This document shows positions 31,978-40,325 of a stretch of 64,000 bases of DNA, in pieces. Positions within the stretch are counted from its first letter, which is position 1, and each line of letters starts with the position of its first letter. The position numbers and the translations under genes are program-made. A model generated the notes under the pieces. The model saw only the letters and a list, made by a program, of their open reading frames with translations. It was not told where the DNA came from and searched no databases. Source of the DNA: Longimicrobiales bacterium (GTDB lineage: Bacteria; Gemmatimonadota; Gemmatimonadetes; Longimicrobiales; Gaopeijiaceae); NCBI GenBank assembly GCA_963664435.2, contig CAXXKM010000001.1:1535287-1599286 (forward strand), given 5' to 3'.

Positions 31978-33681
31978 ATGATTCACTCACCCTCTGGATG
32001 CCGTGTCTCTCTGACGCGGGCAATTGCACGGGGAACCACAGGGCTGATGGCCCTCGCCGCAGTCGCGTGTGGTCGAGGCGCCGAGGCGCCCGCGGACTTG
32101 ATCCTTCTGGGCGGGGATGTCGTTACCATGGGATCCCCCGGGGTGGTAGAGGCGCTCGCGGTCAGGGGCGACCGGGTGGTGGCCGCCGGGACCTCGGAGG
32201 AGGTGCTCAGGCGGGCTGGCCCGACGACGCGGATGGTCGAACTGGCCGGGCGCACCGTCCTGCCCGGGCTGACCGACAATCACTACCACGGCATCGGGGG
32301 CGGTCCCGGCGTCGACCTGTCCGGGGCGCGGTCGCTTCGGGACATCATCGACCGGATCGCGGCCGCCGCGCGCGCGACGCCGCCGGGCGAGGTGATCGTC
32401 ACCAACTCGAACTGGCATGAAGGCCAGCTGAGCGAGCAGCGGCTCCCGTACCGCGACGATCTCGACCTGGCCGCGGCCCGGCACCCGGTGGTGGTGGTGC
32501 GCGGCGGCCACCAGTACGTGCTGAACAGCGCCGCGCTGGCGCACTGGGGGATCGACGAATCGACCCCGGAGGTCCCCGGTGGCCGCATCGGCCGCGACCC
32601 GGACGGCCGCCTGAACGGCGAGCTGGTGGACCGCGCCAAGGACCTGGTCACCCTGCCGCCCATCCCCGCCCCCGACCCCACCGCCCTCCTCGACGACCTG
32701 GCCGCCGAGCACGCCCGGCTGAACGCGCGCGGCCTGACCGGCATCCGCCACCCCGGCGGGTCGGTCGGCCAGTACCGCGCGCTCGAGCGCCTGCGGGAAC
32801 AGGGCCGCATGACGCTACGCGTCAACTACCTGTTCCGGGGCCCGCGCGCCGGCGGCGTCGAAGCGCTCTCCGAAGCCCTCGCGACCTGGCCGGCCATGGG
32901 CGACGGCGACGAATGGCTCCGGGTCGGCGGGGTCAAGCTGGGGGTGGACGGTGGCTTCGAGGGCGGCCTGATGCGCGACCCGTACGAAGAGCCGTGGGGT
33001 GAGGGCGGCACCTTCCACGGCCTGCAGACCATGCCCACCGACGACTACATCGCCACGGTGCGCGATCTTCACCGTCAGGGCTGGAGGGTCGCCACCCACG
33101 CGGTGGGAGACGCCGCCATCGATCTCGTCCTCGAGGGCTACGAGGCCGCCAACGCCGACGCGCCTATCGACGGCCTGCGCTGGGTGATCGAGCACGGTTT
33201 CATCCCGCGCGACGACCATTTCACGCGCATGCGCGACCTCGGTCTCTCCGTCACCGCCCAACACCACCTGTACGTCGCCGCTCCGAGCCTGGTGGAGTAC
33301 TGGGGCGCCGACCGCGCCGCCTGGACCACCCCGGTGCGCGCATTCCTCGACGCCGGCATCCCGGTCTCCCTGGGCAGCGACTCGCCCGTCGTCCCGTGGG
33401 ATCCCTGGTCCGTGCTCCACCACTTCACGACGCGGGGGACCATCAGCGCCGGCGTCCACGGCGCCTCCCAGCGCATCACCCGCGAAGAGGCCCTGCGCGC
33501 CATGACGCGGGGGTACGCCCACCTCACCTTCGAGGAAGCCGAAAAGGGAACACTCGAGGTCGGCAAGCTCGCCGACCTGATCGTGACGGCGGAGCACTAC
33601 CTCGACTGCGAAGACCCCTGCCTGGAGGCCATGCAGGTCGACATGACGGTCGTGGGGGGAAGGGTGGTGTACGAGCGGTAG
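31978..33681 (+). CDS. Amidohydrolase_3 (YtcJ-like) lipoprotein
   Basis: AVAC lipobox, PGLTDNHYH, HAVGD, IEHG, GTLEVGKLADL. Confidence 0.9.
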   Translation: MIHSPSGCRVSLTRAIARGTTGLMALAAVACGRGAEAPADLILLGGDVVTMGSPGVVEALAVRGDRVVAAGTSEEVLRRAGPTTRMVELAGRTVLPGLTDNHYHGIGGGPGVDLSGARSLRDIIDRIAAAARATPPGEVIVTNSNWHEGQLSEQRLPYRDDLDLAAARHPVVVVRGGHQYVLNSAALAHWGIDESTPEVPGGRIGRDPDGRLNGELVDRAKDLVTLPPIPAPDPTALLDDLAAEHARLNARGLTGIRHPGGSVGQYRALERLREQGRMTLRVNYLFRGPRAGGVEALSEALATWPAMGDGDEWLRVGGVKLGVDGGFEGGLMRDPYEEPWGEGGTFHGLQTMPTDDYIATVRDLHRQGWRVATHAVGDAAIDLVLEGYEAANADAPIDGLRWVIEHGFIPRDDHFTRMRDLGLSVTAQHHLYVAAPSLVEYWGADRAAWTTPVRAFLDAGIPVSLGSDSPVVPWDPWSVLHHFTTRGTISAGVHGASQRITREEALRAMTRGYAHLTFEEAEKGTLEVGKLADLIVTAEHYLDCEDPCLEAMQVDMTVVGGRVVYER

Positions 33682-33792
33682 GGACTGCTGGACCATCCGC
33701 CAAGGTCGGTGTATCCTATCCGCCCACACGGGGCGGCTTCTCGCTTGGCGGCGGCTGATCCTTGATACCCTGGCACAACCGGAGAGCGACAA

Positions 33793-34758
33793 CTGACCAA
33801 GCAGGCGTACAAATTGCGGCTTGAAGGGCTGCGCGAAGCCGGGGGACACGTTCGGGCGGAGACCTTGGTGCGTGCTTTGGGGGCCCTCCTGGGAACGGCC
33901 GAGCGAGCCACACGGCTAGCAGCCACAGGTCGTAGCGTTGCGAGGGGCCGAAGGCCAGCTTGGCTCAAGGCAGCGATGGACGTCACCGTTACAGGACTCG
34001 GGACAGGATCCACTACTCTCGATATCCAGGCGCCGAAGCTCGGAGACGTCCACGAGGAACTTGGGCAACGGGACTTCTGGCTGGAACAACCTGAACCGGA
34101 AGACACGGCACTTGATCTGGGAGCCCGCGCCATCAGAGAAGCCCGAAGTTCCCATGCAACCGGCGACTACTACGACAGTTCCATCCTCCATGAAATCCTC
34201 AAACTCGGGAGAGCCGCTGAGGGAGCGAAGGAAGTCCGCTACGAGTTGATTCCAGAGAACGGAACCCGGAGCGGATTTGTCCTCAGAACTTCCGAATGCC
34301 CTGGGCTCCGACATCGGTTGGATCTAATCCCGGCCTCGCGCGCTGCCGTTGTGAGCGGGCGACTCGACGAGATCGGACACGGCCAGGGTCGTTTCCGACT
34401 CCTGATGGGCCACGGGCGTTCCCTTCCAGGTCAGCTACGTCGCGCCTCCCTCGACGTCGAGTTGCTCCGGCCTCTCTGGGGCAAATCGGCCACGGCGCAA
34501 GGCTTGGTCCACTTCAAACCCAACGGTCAGCCGCGCCTGATCGAAGCGTACCGAATCAGCGCCCGTACCAAAGGTGACTCTATCTTCGAGACCCTACCCC
34601 AAGGTGAAACGACCGGGCAAGTGGACACGAGAAAGAGCACTGCCGTCAAGGCATTGTCGCATGTTGATCCGATGGTGCTTTGGGGCGCATGGCCCGGCGA
34701 TGAGCCCATCGATGAACTGTTGGCCCAGCATTTGCCATCCCGTGCGGATCTGTTGTAA
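33793..34758 (+). CDS. Hypothetical protein at the island edge, C-terminus possibly replaced by the insertion
   Basis: More AT-rich codons than the host. GGAGAG RBS precedes an in-frame CTG at 33793 (track start TTG 33814). Ends WPGDEPIDELLAQ and runs into the att-like motif. Confidence 0.65.
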   Translation: MTKQAYKLRLEGLREAGGHVRAETLVRALGALLGTAERATRLAATGRSVARGRRPAWLKAAMDVTVTGLGTGSTTLDIQAPKLGDVHEELGQRDFWLEQPEPEDTALDLGARAIREARSSHATGDYYDSSILHEILKLGRAAEGAKEVRYELIPENGTRSGFVLRTSECPGLRHRLDLIPASRAAVVSGRLDEIGHGQGRFRLLMGHGRSLPGQLRRASLDVELLRPLWGKSATAQGLVHFKPNGQPRLIEAYRISARTKGDSIFETLPQGETTGQVDTRKSTAVKALSHVDPMVLWGAWPGDEPIDELLAQHLPSRADLL

Positions 34759-34813
34759 TCATTGAGCTTACGGGATTCCGGGGGCGAATTCCTGCTGTTT
34801 GATTCCCGCCGAA
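34747..34813. repeat. att/arm-like element-end motif, copy 1
   Basis: gatct...ttgagcttacgggatt...ttcctgctgtttgattcccgccgaa, immediately 3' of integrase 1. Confidence 0.75.
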
Positions 34814-34819
34814 TGGATT

Positions 34820-35818
34820 TCAGCCCTGCGGCCTGCGGCGGCTCTGGATTGCCTGCCTGAGTTGCGCCTCGTCCGGCTGCTGATAGCAGCGGAGCACGGT
34901 CTTGGCGGCCTTCCAGCCACCGAGCTCGCAGAGCACCTTGAGCGGCAGGTCCATCAGGTCGCTGGCAAACTTCCGTCTCAGCGAGTGCCAGCCCCTGCCG
35001 CGCTTCGGCGCGAGTCCCGCGAGCCGCTCCGCCCGCTGCCACCAGAAGCGGGCTTGCGGAAAGCCCAGGCACGCCGAGGGATTCATGGTCGCGGGCAGGA
35101 CCGGCGCGTCCCCACTCGCCGGGTTTCGCCTTCGCGCCTCCTCGAAGACCTCGACGGCTTCGGGAGTCAGGGGCGTCCGGTGCTCGTAACCCGTCTTTTC
35201 GTGCTCGGCGCGCCACCGCACCGTTTCGCCCTCAAGGTCGATGTCGCCCCATCTGAGGTTGCGAATCGCGCCGATCCGGTGGCCGGTTTCGTGCGCGAGC
35301 ACGAGCGCGACATGGAAGCGCCAATCGACTTGCCGCGAGACTTGGAGAAGTGCCTGGTATTCCTCTTCCGTGAGAATGACCCGGTTCGGGTTCTTCTCGA
35401 CGGGCTTCCTGAGACCCTTGAGCGGGTTCCTGTCGAGGAGGAGATTCCCCTCCTCGTCCCTCGACCGCGCGGCCCAGTTGAGCACCGCCATCAGGAACGT
35501 CAGGTCCCATTCGATCATCCGGTTGCCCACGGGCTTTCCGCTGGGGCCGACCTTCCCCGCGCGGCGCTCCCGGATGAAGCGATCCCAGTCCCGCCGGGAC
35601 AGGGTCTCGGGCCTTCGGTCCCTCCCGAAGAACTTGAGGAACATTGCCATCGCGCCTCTGTCCGCCCGCTGGGACGGCGGCCTCTTGGTGGGCGTCACCT
35701 CTTCACCGTAGATGTCAAAAAGCTTTTCCAAGGTGAGCGGCTCGGGCTCGGCTTCCGCCTTGCCGTCGGGTGCGTCGATGAAGCCGGCGGCGAACTCGTC
35801 CGCCTGCTTCTTCGACAT
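34820..35818 (-). pseudogene. Tyrosine integrase copy 1, N-terminally truncated (about 50 aa missing)
   Basis: Begins at KKQADEF where copies 2 and 3 have MMARTK...KHRDW..AKRQADE. Catalytic HETGHR, EKT, HSLR, GGW and RCY are retained. Confidence 0.85.
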
Positions 35819-35833
35819 GAGCTAGCCGATTCA

Positions 35834-35901
35834 CATCTCACTGTGACCGTGGAGCTTACGGGATTTGGAGGGCGCGTTCCCGCTGTTTGATTCCCGCCGA
35901 A
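35834..35901. repeat. att/arm-like element-end motif, copy 2
   Basis: catct...gtggagcttacgggatt...ttcccgctgtttgattcccgccgaa, 3' of integrase 2. Confidence 0.75.
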
Positions 35902-35911
35902 GTGACTGGAG

Positions 35912-37069
35912 TCAGCGGTGGACCCTCGGGCGGCTCGCCAGAGCCTTCCTGAGTTGTCCCGTGTCGGGCTGCTGATAACAGCGTAGCACCGTCTGGGCAT
36001 CCTTCCAGCCGCCAAGCTCGCAGAGGACCTTGAGCGGCAGGTCCATCAGGTCGCTGGCAAACTTCCGCCTCAGCGAGTGCCAGCCGCGTCCGCGCTTGCG
36101 TCCCAGCCCCGCAAGCTCTTCGGCCCTGTTCCACCAGTAGCGGACCGGCGACTTGCCCATGCACTTCGAGGCATCCCTGGATGCGGGCAACACCGGCGCG
36201 TCTCCGTTTCCGGGATTCCTGCGTTGCGCCTCTTCCAAGGCGGCGAGCGCCTCGGCGGTCAGCGGCGTGGTGTGTTCGTAGCCGGTCTTCTCGTGCTCGG
36301 CGCGCCACAGGATCGTTCTGTCCTCGAAGTCGATGTCAGTCCACCTGAGGTGGCGGATGGCACCGATCCGGTGACCGGTCTCGTGCGCGAGCACGAGCGC
36401 AACGTGGAACCGCCAGTCCACCCGGCGCGACACTCGTAGCATCGCGTCGTATTCCTCGTCGGAAAGGACGATCCGCGTCGGGTTCTTCTCCTTGGGCAGC
36501 TTGAGCCCTCGCAGCGGATTCGAGTCGAGCAACAGACGGCCCTGCTCGTCCCTCGATTTGGAAGCCCAGTTGAGGACCGCGATCAGGAACTTCAGGTCGT
36601 TCTCGATCGTCCGATTCAACACCGGCCGTCCGTTCGGTCCGAGCCTGCCCGCGCGGCGTTCCCGGATGAACCGGTCCCAGTCCCGCTTCGAAAGCGTCTC
36701 GGGTCTTCGGTCCGGCCCGAGGAAGCCGAGGAACATCCGCATCTGCATTCTGTCCCGCTGCTGAGTTTTCTCGCTCTTGGTGGGCGTCACCTCCTCACCA
36801 TAGATTTCAAAAAGCGTTTCCAGGGTGAGCGGCTCGGGCTCGGCCTTGCCGTTGGGCTCGTACATCGCGAGGCCCGCGGCGGCCTCGTCGGCCTGCCGCT
36901 TCGCTCTCCTCCAATCCCGGTGTTTCAGGGACCGAGTGAGCCTTCGCCCGTTCTCTCGCCACTCTATCTGGTAGAGACCGGTCTTGGGATCGGCGAACAC
37001 CCTCACCCGGTTCCGGCCCCACTCGCCGGCGCTGTAGCTGCGCCGGTCCCGCTTCGTGCGTGCCATCAT
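35912..37069 (-). CDS. Tyrosine integrase copy 2, full length
   Basis: R-K-H-R-W-Y catalytic set: HETGHRIG, EHEKTG, WHSLRR, LGGWK, LRCYQ; GGAGG RBS. Confidence 0.93.
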   Translation of the reverse strand: MMARTKRDRRSYSAGEWGRNRVRVFADPKTGLYQIEWRENGRRLTRSLKHRDWRRAKRQADEAAAGLAMYEPNGKAEPEPLTLETLFEIYGEEVTPTKSEKTQQRDRMQMRMFLGFLGPDRRPETLSKRDWDRFIRERRAGRLGPNGRPVLNRTIENDLKFLIAVLNWASKSRDEQGRLLLDSNPLRGLKLPKEKNPTRIVLSDEEYDAMLRVSRRVDWRFHVALVLAHETGHRIGAIRHLRWTDIDFEDRTILWRAEHEKTGYEHTTPLTAEALAALEEAQRRNPGNGDAPVLPASRDASKCMGKSPVRYWWNRAEELAGLGRKRGRGWHSLRRKFASDLMDLPLKVLCELGGWKDAQTVLRCYQQPDTGQLRKALASRPRVHR

Positions 37070-37140
37070 TCGATTCCTCCGATGATGGACCGCACGATCT
37101 GCGCGCCTCAAAGCTCGCGCCGAGAGGCCGTCGGCGCCAG
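37066..37140 (-). pseudogene. C-terminal remnant of a Xis-like gene
   Basis: Reads LAPTASRREL*GAQIVRSIIGGIE*, versus LAEEPGPRERSNTQIVQSIIQRGME* in 38689-39099. Confidence 0.65.
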
Positions 37141-37152
37141 ATTTGCCGCTCA

Positions 37153-37436
37153 TCAGCGGCTCGGACCCTGATCGCGGTCCGGTCCCGGGCGGCGCATCAG
37201 ATACGGAGGCCGCGCGGTCTCGCGACGGTGGATGTCCCGGAATATTCGGCCAAGCGTGTCGCCAGCGCGTCGAGCCGCTCGATTTGCATCAGCAAGGCTT
37301 CGTACTCCGCGCTCTGCCGCTCGACGTGCTGCCGCAAGGCTTCGATCTCTCCGCCTTGCCGCTCGACGTGCCCTTGCAAGGCTTCGACCTGCTCGGAGTG
37401 CCGCCGCTGTTCCGTTTCGTACTGCGCGGACAGCAG
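37153..37436 (-). pseudogene. 3' remnant of a MobA/MbeA-type relaxase gene with overlapping MbeD/MobD-like ORF
   Basis: One frame reads LSAQYETEQRRHSEQVEAL...RLAEY (coiled coil, stop 37197). A second open frame reads AVRAVRNGTAAALRAGRSLA...DRDQGPSR* (stop 37153). Confidence 0.6.
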
Positions 37437-37451
37437 ATGGACGAGTGTGTA

Positions 37452-37519
37452 GATCTATTTGTGCCCGTTGGACTTACGGAATCCGCCGCTCGGATTCCCG
37501 CCGATTGACTCCCGCCGAT
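37452..37519. repeat. att/arm-like element-end motif, copy 3 (left end of the intact ICE)
   Basis: gatct...gttggacttacggaat...attcccgccgattgactcccgccgatt, 3' of integrase 3. Confidence 0.7.
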
Positions 37520-37528
37520 TGGGAACTC

Positions 37529-38692
37529 TCAGGCACCAACCTTCGGGCGGCTTTCCAGCGCCTTCCTGAGTTGTCCTTTGTCGGCTCTCTGATAGCACCT
37601 GAGCACGGTGTGTGCGTTTTTCCAGCCCCCGAGTTGGCAAAGGACCTTGAGCGGCAGGTCCATGAGGTCGCTCGCGAACTTCCGTCTCAGCGAGTGCCAG
37701 CCGCGCCCGCGCTTGGGCTCCAACCCCGCCCGCGTCTCCGCCTTGCACCAAAACCATTGCGCCCAGCCGCTGCTCATGCATCTGGTGGGATCCGTCCCTG
37801 CGGGCATCACCGGAGCATCGCCGGTGCCATCACTCATCCGCCGTGCCACCTCCAAGGCCGCGATCGCCTCGGCCGTCACGGGCGTGGTGTGCTCGTAGCC
37901 CGTCTTTTCGTGCTCCGCGCGCCAGCGGATGGTCCTGTCCTCGAAGTCTATATCCGGCCAGCGAAGCTTGCAGATCGCTCCGATCCTGTGTCCGGTCTCG
38001 TGGGCAAGCACGAGGGCGACGTGGAACCGCCAGTTGACCTGCCGTGACACTCGAAGGAGCGCCCGGTACTCCTCGTCATCGAGAACGACCCGGTTCGGGT
38101 TCTTCTCGACGGGCTTCCTGAGGCCCTTGAGCGGGTTCCTGTCGAGGAACAGGCGTCCCTGATCGTCCCTCGACCTCGCGCCCCAGTTGAGCACCGCCAT
38201 CAGGAACGTCAGGTCTCCCTCGATGGTGCGGTTGCTCACCGGCCGGCCCGTGAGACCGGTCCTGCCCGCGCGCCGCTCCCGGATGAACCGGTCCCAGTCG
38301 CGCTGAGAGAGGGTGTCGGGCTTGCGGTCCCTGCCGAAGAAACGGAGGAACATGGCAGTCACGACCCTGTCGCGCTGCCGTGTGCGCTTCGCCTTAGTGG
38401 GCGTCACCTCTTCACCGTAAATGTCAAACAGCGTTCCCAGGGTGAGCGGCTCGGGCTCAGCGTCCTTCTTGCCGTTCAGCTCCGGCCCGGCGAACCCGGC
38501 GGCGAACTCGTCGGCCTGCCGCTTTGCCCGCGACCAGTCGCGGTGTTTGAGGGACCGGGTGAGCCTGCGCCCGTTCTCCCGCCACTCTATCTGGTACAAG
38601 CCGGTCTTGGCGTCGGGGAACACCCTGACCCGGTTCCGGCCCCATTCGCCGGCGCTGTATGCGCGCCGACTTCGTTTCGTGCGTGCCATCAT
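37529..38692 (-). CDS. Tyrosine integrase copy 3, full length; ICE integrase
   Basis: Same catalytic motifs; MMARTK start overlaps the stop of the upstream Xis-like gene. Confidence 0.93.
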   Translation of the reverse strand: MMARTKRSRRAYSAGEWGRNRVRVFPDAKTGLYQIEWRENGRRLTRSLKHRDWSRAKRQADEFAAGFAGPELNGKKDAEPEPLTLGTLFDIYGEEVTPTKAKRTRQRDRVVTAMFLRFFGRDRKPDTLSQRDWDRFIRERRAGRTGLTGRPVSNRTIEGDLTFLMAVLNWGARSRDDQGRLFLDRNPLKGLRKPVEKNPNRVVLDDEEYRALLRVSRQVNWRFHVALVLAHETGHRIGAICKLRWPDIDFEDRTIRWRAEHEKTGYEHTTPVTAEAIAALEVARRMSDGTGDAPVMPAGTDPTRCMSSGWAQWFWCKAETRAGLEPKRGRGWHSLRRKFASDLMDLPLKVLCQLGGWKNAHTVLRCYQRADKGQLRKALESRPKVGA

Positions 38693-39099
38693 TCCATTCC
38701 TCTCTGGATGATGGACTGCACGATCTGCGTGTTTGAACGCTCGCGCGGGCCGGGTTCTTCCGCAAGTGGCGCTTCGGCCGGCGCTTTTCGGGGCAGGTGC
38801 CTGCTGGCGATCCTGGGCGCGTTGGGCCGCCCGGCGTTGGGGATCTTGCCTTCGCGGACGAGCCTTCCGAGGTGGGTGGCGGTGTATCCGCTCTCGCGGG
38901 CGGCCTCGACCAGCGAGAACGTGGTCTCGTCCCTCTCGACGAGGGTGGCTTCGAGGTCGTCGGCGCAGCGCTCGATGGCGGTGGCCGGGGTCTCGCCTCC
39001 GTACCGCCGGAGCGCCTTGGCCTGCATCCGCCAGTCGGCGGGCAGGCCCTCGACGGATGCGGGCTTGGTCTTCCGTGTGGCCTTCCGGGTCATTCCCAC
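38689..39099 (-). CDS. Excisionase/RDF-like HTH protein
   Basis: FSLVEAARESGYTATHLGRLVREGKIP; translationally coupled to the integrase. Confidence 0.7.
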   Translation of the reverse strand: MGMTRKATRKTKPASVEGLPADWRMQAKALRRYGGETPATAIERCADDLEATLVERDETTFSLVEAARESGYTATHLGRLVREGKIPNAGRPNAPRIASRHLPRKAPAEAPLAEEPGPRERSNTQIVQSIIQRGME

Positions 39100-39404
39100 T
39101 CTCCTTCCTCATCCTGTCGGAGCGCGTCTTCGAGCCCTGGATCCCCCTCGCCGCGCCGGGTGGACCGTTCGGCGAGATCGACCCGCCGTCCGAGGTCGGC
39201 AAGCCCGGTGGTTCGGGCGATGACGTAGATGGCCGAGGCGAGTCCGGTGAGGATGAGCACGACGTGAAGCGCCAGCGTGAGGCCGTGCTCGGCGAAGATG
39301 GTTCCCCAGAAAGGGGCAAGGTAGGCGAGCCGGGATCCGCCGATCAGGAATGCCGATCCGGCGATGGCGGCGGTGAGTCCCGCGCTGATTTTCCAGGGCT
39401 GCAT
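39090..39404 (-). CDS. Small two-TM membrane protein
   Basis: Two hydrophobic helices; GGGAGG RBS; overlaps the next gene. Confidence 0.7.
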   Translation of the reverse strand: MQPWKISAGLTAAIAGSAFLIGGSRLAYLAPFWGTIFAEHGLTLALHVVLILTGLASAIYVIARTTGLADLGRRVDLAERSTRRGEGDPGLEDALRQDEEGEWE

Positions 39405-39422
39405 CTTTGGGTCCTCCCGTGG

Positions 39423-40322
39423 TCAGAGTTCGACTGAGGCGGGATTGCGGTCGGCGGGTCCGCGTAGCCAGGAGCCGCCGTCACTTCCGAGACCGAGCCT
39501 GCCGAGGAGCGCCGCTGCGGCGGGTCCGTTGGCGTGGAGCGCGAACCCGGCGGCGGCCTTGGCCCGGACGGCCGGTTCGCGGTAGTTGCCGGAGACGGCC
39601 TCGATGTTGACGCGCCCTGTTCGTCCTTCGGCGTCGGTGTACTCGATCTGGGCGTCCGGGTAGAGCACCCGTCCTTCGTCGTCGGCCGGGAGTCCGAGTT
39701 CACGGGCGATCCGCCGCCGTTCGGCATCGGCGGCCCGCTTTCCGCCGTTCTTACGCGCCGCCTCGCTCGCTCGCGCGACGGTGCTCTTGAGTTCGGTGCC
39801 GAGCCGGACGCGCCGCACGGCGGCTCCCCGGTCGAGAAGCCGCCGCTTCTCCTTCATGGAGGCGCGATAGACGGCGGTTTCATGCGCGTCCTCCGATTTG
39901 CGGATGCGTGCGAACGGGACCTGCTGACCGGGATCCATCCCCCGTTCGGCGGCCAACAGCCGAGCCTCGGCCCTGCCCTTTTGCGTGAGCGTCAGGACCT
40001 TGAACGGATTGCCCTTCGGGCCGGTGGCCGTGGTCTCCGTGACGAGGCCCTTTCGGATCCAGGCGTTCAGGGCACGCCGCGTGGTGTAGGGGTGGCCGCC
40101 GAAGCGTGCCTCGGCGAGGTCGCGGTAGGAGACCGCGCCGAAGACGCCGATGTCGGTCAGCGCTCCGGCGCAGCGTTCGGGGAAGGAGATGGACCCGCGC
40201 GCCCGGTCCGCGGCGTATTGTCGGCGGTGGCCTTTCCGCATGCGTTGGCGATTGCGGCTGGGTGGCGCGGCGGGGCGCGGGTCCGGTTCGGCCGTGCGGC
40301 CGAACGTCTCTCTCCCTCTCAC
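39423..40322 (-). CDS. Winged-helix plus PD-(D/E)xK-like protein, replication-relaxation (Replic_Relax)-like
   Basis: wHTH-like VSYRDL...LNAWIRKGLV...LTLTQKG; AHETAV; YPDAQIEY...VNIE. Confidence 0.55.
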   Translation of the reverse strand: MRGRETFGRTAEPDPRPAAPPSRNRQRMRKGHRRQYAADRARGSISFPERCAGALTDIGVFGAVSYRDLAEARFGGHPYTTRRALNAWIRKGLVTETTATGPKGNPFKVLTLTQKGRAEARLLAAERGMDPGQQVPFARIRKSEDAHETAVYRASMKEKRRLLDRGAAVRRVRLGTELKSTVARASEAARKNGGKRAADAERRRIARELGLPADDEGRVLYPDAQIEYTDAEGRTGRVNIEAVSGNYREPAVRAKAAAGFALHANGPAAAALLGRLGLGSDGGSWLRGPADRNPASVEL

Positions 40323-40325
40323 GGG

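Noticed and set aside
33682..35911. tRNA or tmRNA integration target
   Set aside because: No cloverleaf or T-loop/CCA signature was seen near any junction by eye; tRNAscan would confirm.
34820..38692. RIT element (recombinases in trio)
   Set aside because: RIT genes are three dissimilar, overlapping recombinases. These are close paralogues separated by end motifs and remnants, and one is truncated.
34747..38692. Integron or shufflon
   Set aside because: No attC-like cassette array, no recognisable IntI insertion and no inverted recombination sites; all end motifs are in direct orientation.
37529..39319. 596 aa extended integrase
   Set aside because: The extension is an alternate frame over two real upstream genes; copy 2 supports the MMARTK start.
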